64,000 bases of DNA from a virus. Lineage: Duplodnaviria; Caudoviricetes. The translations under genes were made by a program, and so were the position numbers. Shown one piece after another: positions 47,028-56,916 of this stretch (positions within the stretch are counted from its first letter, which is position 1; every line of letters begins with the position of its first letter). The stretch covers positions 1 to 64,000 of IMG/VR virus record IMGVR_UViG_3300024549_000205; one strand, written 5' to 3'. The notes below the pieces were generated by a model. It did no database searches. It was not told the origin of the DNA and was given only the letters and a program-made list of their open reading frames with translations.

Positions 47028-50000
47028 TATATAGTAGTGGTTGTTGTTGTGGTTGGACAATCTATAACTTCTGTACAAGGATCTCCACAAGCTTGAATAA
47101 ATATATATCCATCTCCTACAGTTTCAAATGATATAGATTCGTATTGTGCACATAACGTTACAAATGTATCTGAATATTCATCATAATGAGTGACATTTGA
47201 TCCATCTGTCCAGATTAAAGTTACGCTACCATAAATAGTTACGTTATAACAATATGTATCAGGAACAAATGTTGTAGTGGTAGTTGTTGTACCACAATTA
47301 TAAATTCCTACAATCACTCCTGATTCTACTTGATAAACAGTTGTATAAAAAGCACTTTCATCTGTATAATAGAATCCATCAGGAACTAATGTACAATCTG
47401 TAGAAAATGCATCAAGATAAACAATTTGTCCTATTTGTAATTCATTATATGCTACAGATATTGTTTCTATTTCTATGTAAGACCAATCTTCATTTGTATT
47501 TAAATACTCTATTCCTGAACAAGCATCTTCTAAACTTCCTGTTGTATCTATTATATTTGTATCACAACTTTCAGAATATCCTGTTATAAATAAATCATCA
47601 CTAGAAAGATTACCTCTTTGACATATTGTAGTGGTAGTTGCAGGAGGAACAGTTATTATAGCATCTCCTTCAATGTTACAAGATGTTTCTATAATTGTTC
47701 CTTCTAATTCACAATCTAATGCTAATGTACTAGTTGTTGTTGTAGTTGGTAAAGGTATAGGTGCAGAACTTGTAGTGGAAGTTGTTGTTGGTATAGTTCT
47801 ATCTATCTCTCCTACTAAAGCTGTAAATGTAGCTTCTCCATTTACAGAATCACAACATCCATTAAGTCCTGTATAAAAGAAATTATTTTCTGCTATATAA
47901 AAATTAGGAACATAGCTATGGAAGGAAACCCAAGATTTCGTATTAAAATTAAATGATATCGTAAATGATCTGTTACAAAAAAATTCAGCATCATCTAAAT
48001 AAACTACATCTCTAAAAACAACATTATTAATTATGTTTTCAACATAAAATTCTTTATTAACTTCGTCATATTTAATATCTTCATCTAAAGGAACATAATC
48101 TAATTTTGTAATTATCACTCTATCAAACTTAGCATCAAACACTCCATGTAAACCTATTCCATTAAAATGGTTATCAGTGTCTACTTTTGGAAAATATTTT
48201 AATATTTTAAATGGTAAATTATCTGTCATAAATCTATTTACACCAGAACCAAATGCTGTCATATCTATAGCTTGTGTTCCTTGTATAAGAAATATTTGTC
48301 CACGTTTAGCATCAATGGTTATTTGTCCTTGAGGAATCTTTAATAAAAACTTATTCTGACTTCCTACATATCCAAGATCTGTTTCAGCAAAATCAATAGG
48401 AGGATTCTCAAACATTCTAGGATTACCTACATATGCTGCTTGTGGATTACTTGTATCAATTGTTAATAAACTATTATATAATAATGATTTATTTTCAAAC
48501 CTAGCAAGGATTGCTCTGTTTTGAATACCATCTAATGATATAAGATTTCCATAGTTTTGTGGAAAATCATAAAAAGAAAGAGCTCTGTATATTAACCAGT
48601 TGTTCACTTTATTATCTGCATCTGTAAATTGTTTTTCAGAATAAATAGTTCTAAAAGGATAATACGTAGAACAGATTGCATTCCAATCAATAGGAAGATT
48701 TGTAAATGAATTTTCTTTATTTTGTTTTGAGAAAGTTACATTATAATAATATGTATTGTCTTGCTCAATAGGAACAAATGATTGTTGCACCCATGAATCA
48801 GGAATACTTGTAGATACATGTGGCCAGAAATCACCTTCTCTGTTATTGAATGCTTGTCTAAGATCTAAATTATAAGAACTCTCACAATAGAAGTTAGGAA
48901 CACCATATGCAAACATATAAAAATATCCATCATAATAAGTTAACTCACTAGGTGAATTAACACTAGTGTATTGTGTTGTATCATTAGGACAATCAAAATT
49001 ATTAGCTTTATATGAAATAAAGTTTACTAATTGTTTGTTTGCAGCTGTTGCATTACGTAATACACTTCTTGCAGAGTGCCAGTATTTTGGATAGGCAATG
49101 TTTCCAATTGCATCATAGAATACATCTGAATCATCAGGAGCATTCACTCTATTTTGTAAAAAGAAAGGAAGTTTTGTTTTAAATGCAAATTTACCAATGA
49201 ATGTATCTCCTCCAAACACAGTGGATTCTGTAGGAGTAAATTGTGAAAATATCACTTGAAACCCTGTATCTACTTTCTCATATGAATATATTTGACCCCA
49301 TTGTCCAGGAACAATATTTTTAATTGATCCATAGTATGAAACAACATTAATGTCTTGTTCTCTTTGTGGAGTGGCACAAGCATTAGTTCCTCCAATTGTA
49401 AATCTAGAATTATCTTCAATTAAAGAATTTCCTAAATATAATAATGAATCTGTTTTACTAGGAAAAGGAAGACTTTCATCTGTTTTTAAATAGACAGAAG
49501 TTTCTCTATTATAATTATTAATATTATTATCATCACCAACGTTTTGTAATCCAGGAATTAAATATCTTTTTATATCAAGATTTCTTTGTTTGATTCCTAA
49601 ATTATTATATACAGGAGAATGATAACTGTAACTAGCTATAGAATTAAATGAGTATGCATAGTTTTTTCTAGTTATACCATTAATATAAATTGTTAAATAA
49701 GCTTGATAAGCTGCAAACAATGCAACAATATCTCCTCCAGCAATATTTGAAGAACTTTCTAATGCAACTCGTTGTGCTTCTTCACTTAATAATCTATACT
49801 TAGCATTGTCTCTCACTTCAACAAAGTGAGCTCTACCACCACCATACATTACATTCTCAAGCTTTAATACATCACCTAAGAACGGTTGTCCAAAAGATGT
49901 TTCTGGAGAATTAAATATTTGTCTGTTTGTAAGAGATTCTGATAATGGAGCTAGAGGTTCTTCTTCTTTACAACCTGGATCTCTTATTTCTTCATTTTTT

Positions 50001-52357
50001 CTTTTTCTGTAAGCTCCATCATTTCCAGCACATTGTACAGGTTCAGTATCTACTCTTACATATATTCTAAATCCTCTTCCTGATCCTTGCCATGGTCCTG
50101 AAACAGGGCCTACAGCAGCATCATTCCAGCAAGACCTTGTTCCTGCTCTTCCATTTTTTGTTTCAACAGTCCAAATGTCATAATTTGCATATCTAGAATA
50201 AGCTACGCATTTTTCATCATCTGGAACATATCCTGGAACTCCTGGTGTAATTTGATAAGAAGCATATCCATAAGCAATAGGACCTCTTCTTCCTCTTTGT
50301 TGTTCAATTTTATTAAATACACCTTCTCCTAAGAATGTAGGTTTTGTAATCGAACATATTTTATATGGATTGTCTTCAAGATGAAGTTCGTATATTTTTT
50401 GTGTTGTTTCTTTGTTTATATTACAATCAGTATATCTAACTTCTGTATATGGACCTAATTCATCTTCTTTATTAAAACTACGAACAATAATATCAAAAGG
50501 TTCACATACATCAAAATATGCATTATTATCAGTATTTAAAAAAGGATCTTCACTAAGATCATTATATGGATAGTTTGGATAGTAATATGTTTCTTGTTCT
50601 TTAACATAGCTTCCTACATTACGAAGAATACCTTTAGCAACAATAGATCTATTTGTACTTCTATCACCACGAACAATTTTATATCCTACAATATCATCTT
50701 TCTCTTCATTTGTTAAATTAGACTCTCTGATTAATTGTATAACCTGTTGATTATTGATTTTTATACCAATAGGATAAATCGCACTAGATTGTTGCATTTG
50801 CACTTGATATCTATCTGAAACAATTACAGGAACAGAAGATTCAAATGAAGGACTAATTAATATATCAGGAAACTTATGATGTCTAATTTGTTGATTAGCT
50901 AAGTCTCCCCAAACTTCTACATTACAAGGATAAGTTTCTGTAGATTCCCAATAAGCAAATTGACCAAATTGATATGGTCCTTTGTAACTAGACTCATTAG
51001 AGAATTCTGGAGATGTTCCTATTACAGAAGCTGTATTATATATTTTCCAATAAGGAGCAGAAGTTCCTTCTCCTATAAAATCAGGATTGGTGTTTGGAAC
51101 ATCTGGTTGACTTACTATCTCATTGTTTGTTTGTTTTCTACCTGGAATATGAAAGCCATCTGTTTGTTTTCCATTTCTTAATAAGAATACAATCTCAAGT
51201 GCATACACTTCATCACGCAAGTACCCACGTAAGTTTGTTGCATTCACTTCATCTGCATAACTTTCTGTAGAAGGTATTCTCCAACTTTCCCACTGAAGAG
51301 TTATTTGATTAGCTATTTTTTGATAATTCACTCTATCTATTGTAGATAGTTTATCCCAAACTAAAACATCTTGCACTGCAGTTAAATCTCCTGCTACATC
51401 ATAGTATGGAAACTTTTCAAATATATCATTTATAGAAAGTCTTATATCAGTTTTACTTTGTCCTGTATAAGTTATTTGTTGTGTAAAATTATCTATGAAG
51501 TATGTTCCAACAAGTTCAACTGATGAAATACCATTAATTGTTTTTATTACAGCTAAGTTATAATATTGATACTTTCCTGTTGTATCTAAATTAGTTATAT
51601 CAATAACTATTGACCTTCCTACAGGATAATTAAAATTTACTGTAGTGAAGTCTGGATCTGCAATAGGTGTAGGATTTGTTATAGAATAGAAAGAAGTGTA
51701 TGGACTACCTTGTGCATCTGTATATTGTATACCAAATTGATAAACACCTGCAATCAAATCTCCTCCTGAAATTACATCTATAATTTCTAATTGAGGAATA
51801 TTAAAATTAGGTTGTATTTTTAATTTATTACAATCTAATTCATCTAATGTAAGTACACTACAAGAATTAGGAATAATCTCTGTCACATAAGGCACATTAT
51901 CAATGTCCATATATCTTCTAGGATTAAATCCATCTGTCCAATAAATCTCTGTAGAACAGTTTGTTATTCTATGAACAACTTTGTGTATAGGATGGTCAAT
52001 GTTAAAGTTTAAACAATTAGCATTTACAATTGTTCTGTAAATACAATCATTATTAATCATCTGTCCTATTTCACTTTCTCCTGTAGAAGAGTTAGCTAAA
52101 AAGAAAATAAACTTGTTTCTTTCCTGTATAAAATGACTTCCAATTAAGGAATATCCATTAGGGAAACTAATACATAATTCATTCCCTGGCTCATTCTGGT
52201 AGTTTACAGAATTAGCATCAAAGTTTTCAACAGCAGCATTCAATGCATATGTAAGTGTACCTGGTTTAATCTGATTAACAGATTGATCCATGTTCAGTCC
52301 TACAGTGGCATTATTAGACTCTTGCTTAATGTTTCCTTGTTGTTGTTCTTCAGCCAT
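47027..52357 (-). CDS. Tail stabilization / muzzle protein (crAss-like) with poly-Thr/Cys-rich C-terminal extension
   Basis: GLNMD...YALNA...NEPGN...IYWTDGFNPRRY, FGGDTFI, GSQNK...IDAKRG, FTISF...SWVSFHSY; position after the tail ring gene. Confidence 0.8.
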   Translation of the reverse strand: MAEEQQQGNIKQESNNATVGLNMDQSVNQIKPGTLTYALNAAVENFDANSVNYQNEPGNELCISFPNGYSLIGSHFIQERNKFIFFLANSSTGESEIGQMINNDCIYRTIVNANCLNFNIDHPIHKVVHRITNCSTEIYWTDGFNPRRYMDIDNVPYVTEIIPNSCSVLTLDELDCNKLKIQPNFNIPQLEIIDVISGGDLIAGVYQFGIQYTDAQGSPYTSFYSITNPTPIADPDFTTVNFNYPVGRSIVIDITNLDTTGKYQYYNLAVIKTINGISSVELVGTYFIDNFTQQITYTGQSKTDIRLSINDIFEKFPYYDVAGDLTAVQDVLVWDKLSTIDRVNYQKIANQITLQWESWRIPSTESYADEVNATNLRGYLRDEVYALEIVFLLRNGKQTDGFHIPGRKQTNNEIVSQPDVPNTNPDFIGEGTSAPYWKIYNTASVIGTSPEFSNESSYKGPYQFGQFAYWESTETYPCNVEVWGDLANQQIRHHKFPDILISPSFESSVPVIVSDRYQVQMQQSSAIYPIGIKINNQQVIQLIRESNLTNEEKDDIVGYKIVRGDRSTNRSIVAKGILRNVGSYVKEQETYYYPNYPYNDLSEDPFLNTDNNAYFDVCEPFDIIVRSFNKEDELGPYTEVRYTDCNINKETTQKIYELHLEDNPYKICSITKPTFLGEGVFNKIEQQRGRRGPIAYGYASYQITPGVPGYVPDDEKCVAYSRYANYDIWTVETKNGRAGTRSCWNDAAVGPVSGPWQGSGRGFRIYVRVDTEPVQCAGNDGAYRKRKNEEIRDPGCKEEEPLAPLSESLTNRQIFNSPETSFGQPFLGDVLKLENVMYGGGRAHFVEVRDNAKYRLLSEEAQRVALESSSNIAGGDIVALFAAYQAYLTIYINGITRKNYAYSFNSIASYSYHSPVYNNLGIKQRNLDIKRYLIPGLQNVGDDNNINNYNRETSVYLKTDESLPFPSKTDSLLYLGNSLIEDNSRFTIGGTNACATPQREQDINVVSYYGSIKNIVPGQWGQIYSYEKVDTGFQVIFSQFTPTESTVFGGDTFIGKFAFKTKLPFFLQNRVNAPDDSDVFYDAIGNIAYPKYWHSARSVLRNATAANKQLVNFISYKANNFDCPNDTTQYTSVNSPSELTYYDGYFYMFAYGVPNFYCESSYNLDLRQAFNNREGDFWPHVSTSIPDSWVQQSFVPIEQDNTYYYNVTFSKQNKENSFTNLPIDWNAICSTYYPFRTIYSEKQFTDADNKVNNWLIYRALSFYDFPQNYGNLISLDGIQNRAILARFENKSLLYNSLLTIDTSNPQAAYVGNPRMFENPPIDFAETDLGYVGSQNKFLLKIPQGQITIDAKRGQIFLIQGTQAIDMTAFGSGVNRFMTDNLPFKILKYFPKVDTDNHFNGIGLHGVFDAKFDRVIITKLDYVPLDEDIKYDEVNKEFYVENIINNVVFRDVVYLDDAEFFCNRSFTISFNFNTKSWVSFHSYVPNFYIAENNFFYTGLNGCCDSVNGEATFTALVGEIDRTIPTTTSTTSSAPIPLPTTTTTSTLALDCELEGTIIETSCNIEGDAIITVPPATTTTICQRGNLSSDDLFITGYSESCDTNIIDTTGSLEDACSGIEYLNTNEDWSYIEIETISVAYNELQIGQIVYLDAFSTDCTLVPDGFYYTDESAFYTTVYQVESGVIVGIYNCGTTTTTTTFVPDTYCYNVTIYGSVTLIWTDGSNVTHYDEYSDTFVTLCAQYESISFETVGDGYIFIQACGDPCTEVIDCPTTTTTTTI

Positions 52358-52362
52358 GGTTA

Positions 52363-53337
52363 TTAATTGTTACGTCTTCTACCATATCTATTAGTACGGT
52401 TAGGAAGCTCATACATATTAAATCTTTTAAGATCGTTTTTAATTCTTCTTTGTTTCTCCCAAGGAGTTTGTTTCTTCATTTCAATCTCAGCCATGATGTA
52501 AGATTCTTCATAAGCTTGTTTATGATACATCATTTTTTGTTGCAACTGATTGAAAGTTTCATCATTAGTTTGATTCGTAAGAGTTTCAAACATTTTAAAT
52601 TTAATGAATGCTTCTACATATTCTCTAATACGATAATTGTCTGGAATCATTTGATTACCTATTTCATCATATTCTGTAGCATAGAATAATAAATGTACAA
52701 CACCATTTCTGAAATTAGTTACAAACTTATTGTCTCTAATATCAAAACTATCGTAACTAGCAGCACCAGGAGTGAATTCATGAATAGGAGGAGCTTCAGC
52801 ATAAAAGTCCCAATTGCTTGTATATTCCACTCCACAATTTTGTCTTGCAGATATATTACCAGGCTTAAGTAAATACTGATGAGTAAATCCTCTAGCAACA
52901 GTGTTGTTTGTTTTGTATACAGCTTGTACTAATTCTGGCATACATGTACCATTACATGCAGGATCTTGACAACCTGGTCTGTTACAAGGAGTTCCTCCAA
53001 TAGTTAATGGAGCCACTTGAATAGTGGTTGCACTAGCAGCTTGTGAATAAAATGAATTAGCTGATTGATATGGATATCCAGAAACTTCTGTACACATCCA
53101 AGCTTCTCTTACAGCATAAAAGTTATCAGGAAGTCTAGCTTGAAAATCTTCTACAAACAAGACTTCTTCACTTATTACAAATGTAGTTCTTCCTAACTTC
53201 TTTAGAGCTTTGTCTAAGTAAGTAGGAAATAAAAGATCATCTATTGCACCAGTATCGAAATAACTTTTAAGTTCTTCTTTAACAGTGGCATAAACAGGTT
53301 CTGGTGATACGAAATTATATTTATAGTAGTATGACAT
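52363..53337 (-). CDS. Tail tubular / ring protein
   Basis: Position between the IHF-like and muzzle genes; FVTNFRNG.V.L.FYA...MIPDN..IREYVE. Confidence 0.65.
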   Translation of the reverse strand: MSYYYKYNFVSPEPVYATVKEELKSYFDTGAIDDLLFPTYLDKALKKLGRTTFVISEEVLFVEDFQARLPDNFYAVREAWMCTEVSGYPYQSANSFYSQAASATTIQVAPLTIGGTPCNRPGCQDPACNGTCMPELVQAVYKTNNTVARGFTHQYLLKPGNISARQNCGVEYTSNWDFYAEAPPIHEFTPGAASYDSFDIRDNKFVTNFRNGVVHLLFYATEYDEIGNQMIPDNYRIREYVEAFIKFKMFETLTNQTNDETFNQLQQKMMYHKQAYEESYIMAEIEMKKQTPWEKQRRIKNDLKRFNMYELPNRTNRYGRRRNN

Positions 53338-53343
53338 AGTTCA

Positions 53344-53823
53344 TTATTTTTTCCATTCTTTATAGATGTGTTGATACTTGTCGTTGGTTTTTAAGTAATG
53401 TGACAATAGTCTTGATGTAAGTCTAGAAGGTTTGAAATACCATAGATCAGAATGTTTAAATCGTGCTGTTGACTTAAACCACATCCAACCAAAAAAATAT
53501 CCTTCTGTGTGATAATTGAAGTTGTATATAACCTTACCTTTCTCTTTAGTTTTTTGCCAATCAATAGGTAGGTTTACAAACTCTTTACCATCTATATTAT
53601 TTTTTAGTTTTCTTCTTTTCTTTTTATTGATTGAGAACTCTCCGAACCCATAAGGTAGTTTTGCTTTATCACCTGTTTCTAAAATGTATTCTTTAAATAA
53701 CTCATTGAATGTATAAAGAATATTTCTCCACTCATCATATGTAAGTTTTATAGAAGGGTGTTTTTTGCAAAACTGATTATAGTTTTCTTTACTAGAGCTT
53801 CTCCAATCAATCTTTGTTCTCAT
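53344..53823 (-). CDS. IHF/HU-like DNA-binding protein (crAss-like structural module)
   Basis: ILETGDKAKLPYGFGEFSINKKK...IDWQKTKE...YFKPSR. Confidence 0.7.
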   Translation of the reverse strand: MRTKIDWRSSSKENYNQFCKKHPSIKLTYDEWRNILYTFNELFKEYILETGDKAKLPYGFGEFSINKKKRRKLKNNIDGKEFVNLPIDWQKTKEKGKVIYNFNYHTEGYFFGWMWFKSTARFKHSDLWYFKPSRLTSRLLSHYLKTNDKYQHIYKEWKK

Positions 53824-54551
53824 TAATTAGTTGGTTTTGAGTTTGGTGCTTGTCCATCTATTCCTTCTGCACTCATGTCTGTTTTAAGATTGAAATACGT
53901 AGATAAAAGTTTTTGAGATGTAAGTTGTAATGTTTGCTGCTCTAAGTATCCAGGAAGAGGAAACTCTTTATCTAATGGATTCTTACATATCTCATCTAAT
54001 GTATACTCTGGAGATCCACATCCACATTCTGGATACATGATTTCATTTTCTACATCTTCTTCAAATAATGCTACAAATCTAATTGATTTAATCATTGGAT
54101 TGTTTACATATAGATATCCATTAGTAATCCAATAATACTCTTCTTTCTTGATTATAGGAAGTCTTAAAAGATTGATGTATCTATTAATAGTAATTTCTTT
54201 TAACTTCTTTCCTTGACCACCTAATGCATTAATAGAATAAACTCCTTGTATTACATATTGGTAATTACCTTCTGATATACGTGGGAGTTTAAATTTTGTT
54301 CTAGCAATAGTGCATTCATCTACATAATTACAACATTCAGAGATAGGCACTTCTATCATCTCTAAACAAGGAATAGTAGTGAACAATGTATCAGTTGCCC
54401 AAAGTTTTCTAAGATTGGTTTCTCTTTTTATAAGTAACAAAGCATTGTTTCTTATTTCAGAAGCAATTGCTCTATCTGTAATAAGACTATCTGTAGAAAG
54501 TATCTTGTGGACACTTCTAACATCTGATACTAATTTTCTTAATGTTGCCAT
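53823..54551 (-). CDS. Putative tail ring/neck protein
   Basis: TLRKLVSDVR...RTKFKLP...YYWITNGYLY...DKEFPLPG; gene position. Confidence 0.6.
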   Translation of the reverse strand: MATLRKLVSDVRSVHKILSTDSLITDRAIASEIRNNALLLIKRETNLRKLWATDTLFTTIPCLEMIEVPISECCNYVDECTIARTKFKLPRISEGNYQYVIQGVYSINALGGQGKKLKEITINRYINLLRLPIIKKEEYYWITNGYLYVNNPMIKSIRFVALFEEDVENEIMYPECGCGSPEYTLDEICKNPLDKEFPLPGYLEQQTLQLTSQKLLSTYFNLKTDMSAEGIDGQAPNSKPTN

Positions 54552-54553
54552 AA

Positions 54554-55180
54554 TTATATTCTTTCTCTAAACCACTTAAATTTATAAGCAGTAGGTTTTT
54601 TGTTATTAACACATGAAGATACATGTGATATATTAAAATTTAACTCTCTCTTAATGTCTGACATACTATCCCAAACTTTTATAAGTTCATTATTTAAATT
54701 ATATTGATAAATTTTAAATGATCTATGATGATCTTTTCCAAATTTTCCTTTAGTAGAATGATTCCTATTAAGTTGTTCTAATAATTCTTTTTTTCTAGTA
54801 TCTGTTATATTTCTTTTAGCCGAAATAGATTGTTTCAATTTTGTTTCTTTAGAATGTAAAACACCTTCTTTACCTTCACCACCATCTGTAAAATTACATA
54901 ATGTTCCTAAATTTAAATCTTTTCTACCATATACTTTTATAAATTCTTTTTCTTTTCCTATTATAAAACTTCTATCATTACTTTCAAATAAAATTTCTAT
55001 ATTATATTTTGTAACATTTGTTATGTTCAACCAATGATTATTTCTATTTTTGGTAGTATAAGCTCTTCTATATTTTTCAGAATCCTTACTATAATATTTA
55101 GTAGTTTTACTAACTTTTCCTATACCAATATAAAAAACTTCATTTTTATCTAATCTAATATGTCTATATAAATAATACAT
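54554..55180 (-). CDS. GIY-YIG-like homing endonuclease with NUMOD repeats
   Basis: YLYRHIRLDKNEVFYIGIG...EKEFI..YGR...LCNFTDGGEG...HSKETK...IYQYNLN..LIKVWDS; start probably 55180 (TAATG overlap). Confidence 0.8.
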   Translation of the reverse strand: MYYLYRHIRLDKNEVFYIGIGKVSKTTKYYSKDSEKYRRAYTTKNRNNHWLNITNVTKYNIEILFESNDRSFIIGKEKEFIKVYGRKDLNLGTLCNFTDGGEGKEGVLHSKETKLKQSISAKRNITDTRKKELLEQLNRNHSTKGKFGKDHHRSFKIYQYNLNNELIKVWDSMSDIKRELNFNISHVSSCVNNKKPTAYKFKWFRERI

Positions 55181-56394
55181 TATATACGACATTCGAATTC
55201 TGCTATCTTACCTAGATTAAGATCATAGACTAAAGCAAGAGCTGCACGCACTGAATGTACGTAGTTATTATCTAAGTGCCATCTATCAGTTCCTGAAAGA
55301 CTAGGCATTTGTTGTATTCTTACTCCCTTAACCTCTTTAGCCATATAGTGATGTTTATCACCTGTATGAACTTCTCTGTAAACAGCATCACCAAACTGGT
55401 GACTATATTTTGGATGTGTTGCAAACAATAATGGAAGATCTTCTATCTTACAGTTACCATGGTGCCATCCAATAAATGTATTACCTAATGTTATTCCTTT
55501 AACTACACTATGTTCTCTCATAAACTCTACATCTGATTCATTTTTGAAAAATATATCTAATGCATGTGCTAAGTAGAAAGATTTAGTTCTATCATGGTTT
55601 CCTTGTACAAGAACAACAGTTACATTGTTACAATGTTGTCTCAACATATTAATTGTATCTACAAGAATAGCAAAGCCTAATTCATACTCTTCTGCATAAT
55701 CCATTATAGTGTCTTGTGGAGTACCGTTTGTAGTTTGATGTTGATAGTTATCAGTGTGAAAATAATCGTTGGATATAGGAAGAATGATGTTGTTTACATT
55801 GTAATTACTACTCACTTTCTCAATCAAAGACTGAGCCACACTAACATATCTTAAAACTCTTGCAGTTATATCATTGTCACCATCCACTGTTCTTTTAGCT
55901 AAATGATAATCAGATATAGAGATTTCTACATCTACAAAGTCTTTATTTACAAAACGATCTACTTTGGTGATTGATACATTATTTGGTTTGTAGTTTTCTA
56001 AGAATCTTGCAAAGTCTTCAGGAGAGTAATCTTTTGCTTCTTTTCTTTTTGAAAAGATTGAGGAAGTGAATTTACCACTTGGTAACATCTTAGACCAGTA
56101 GTTTGTTATAACGTACTTATCTAAGTTTATCTTATGTAGCTTAGCTAGTTCAATGTCATCTTTAGGTTCAAAGTCTGTAACTATTGTACTTTCTATTGTA
56201 CCTTTTTCAACATTCACTTTGCGTTCTCCTGCAATAGTTTTTATTACATCTTCATTATCTTTTTCTCTAAGTTCTTTCATGAGCTCATTGACCTCAAATT
56301 CACTTATTCCTAGTTTCTCAGCATAGAACTTTTTACTTTTCTTCTGACTTAATAACTCTTCTAATCGGTTCAATAAACTTTGATTTTCAGACAT
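55180..56394 (-). CDS. Calcineurin-like metallophosphoesterase with N-terminal HTH
   Basis: SDYHL, NDYFH, VQGNHD, HHG, HTGDKHH motifs; KKFYAEKLGISEFEV helix-turn-helix. Confidence 0.85.
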   Translation of the reverse strand: MSENQSLLNRLEELLSQKKSKKFYAEKLGISEFEVNELMKELREKDNEDVIKTIAGERKVNVEKGTIESTIVTDFEPKDDIELAKLHKINLDKYVITNYWSKMLPSGKFTSSIFSKRKEAKDYSPEDFARFLENYKPNNVSITKVDRFVNKDFVDVEISISDYHLAKRTVDGDNDITARVLRYVSVAQSLIEKVSSNYNVNNIILPISNDYFHTDNYQHQTTNGTPQDTIMDYAEEYELGFAILVDTINMLRQHCNNVTVVLVQGNHDRTKSFYLAHALDIFFKNESDVEFMREHSVVKGITLGNTFIGWHHGNCKIEDLPLLFATHPKYSHQFGDAVYREVHTGDKHHYMAKEVKGVRIQQMPSLSGTDRWHLDNNYVHSVRAALALVYDLNLGKIAEFECRI

Positions 56395-56423
56395 ATTTGC
56401 TCATGTTAGTTAAAAAAATATTG

Positions 56424-56501
56424 TAAAGATAATTAATAGTTTTTATATATTCCAAATAATTTTAGTTAGAGACTTAATTCTTTATAATTAAAATAGTTAG
56501 A
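56424..56501 (-). promoter_or_regulatory. Promoter: -7 variant TATCTTTA (56424-56431) plus conserved upstream box (56474-56501)
   Basis: Same box and same 50-nt offset as at 37745/37795. Confidence 0.6.
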
Positions 56502-56533
56502 AACAAAAACTCCCCAAGGAAAACCTTGAGGAG
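56501..56533 (-). terminator. Rho-independent terminator
   Basis: Minus-strand cuccucaagg-uuuu-ccuuggggag followed by UUUUUGUUU; a second hairpin lies at 56534-56563. Confidence 0.8.
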
Positions 56534-56569
56534 AAATCTTGTAAAACCAACAAAACAAGATTTTTTATT

Positions 56570-56887
56570 TTAAATAGGTATACCAGTAGTAGTACTAGTG
56601 GTAGTAGGACTAACTGTTGTAGATGTAGTGGTAGTAGGAGCAACTGTAGTTGTACTAGTTGTTGTAGTAGATTCTAATAAGATATCTACATAGTTTGTAC
56701 ACACTCCATTAGATTTAACTCTAATAGTAGTAGTGTAATCAGGAACTAATGCAGAAGAATATCCTGCAAGCAATGCTGATTTAGAAACTCCTGATTCAAA
56801 AGCTGACACATATCCATCTAGATTTGAATACAAATCAAATGGACCTGAATCACTTCCTGCGGTTGTTAATGTTATTAATACTGTCAT
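56570..56887 (-). CDS. Small beta-domain decoration protein with poly-Thr tail
   Basis: ~70-aa ITLTTAG..SGPF.LY...IRVKSNGVC domain plus a 30-aa Thr/Ser tail. Confidence 0.75.
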   Translation of the reverse strand: MTVLITLTTAGSDSGPFDLYSNLDGYVSAFESGVSKSALLAGYSSALVPDYTTTIRVKSNGVCTNYVDILLESTTTTSTTTVAPTTTTSTTVSPTTTSTTTGIPI

Positions 56888-56916
56888 AAGTTATTTATTA
56901 TAAATTATTATTTAAA

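Noticed and set aside
47028-47090. Supplied start at 47090 for the 309-aa ORF
   Set aside because: The extension (MWRSLYRSYRLSNHNNNHYYI) is an off-frame reading of the upstream poly-Thr tail; the TAATG-coupled ATG at 47027 is more plausible.
3141-54570. Numerous short plus-strand hydrophobic (Phe/Leu/Ser-rich) ORFs inside the minus-strand genes
   Set aside because: Antisense shadows of Lys/Glu-rich coding sequence; they overlap well-supported genes and have no motifs.
54554-55180. Group I intron or intein hosting the homing endonucleases (also 290..1009 and 8023..8737)
   Set aside because: All three sit between complete genes with essentially no flanking non-coding sequence for a ribozyme core; they appear free-standing. 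No intein C...HN/C motifs were recognised in the large ORFs.
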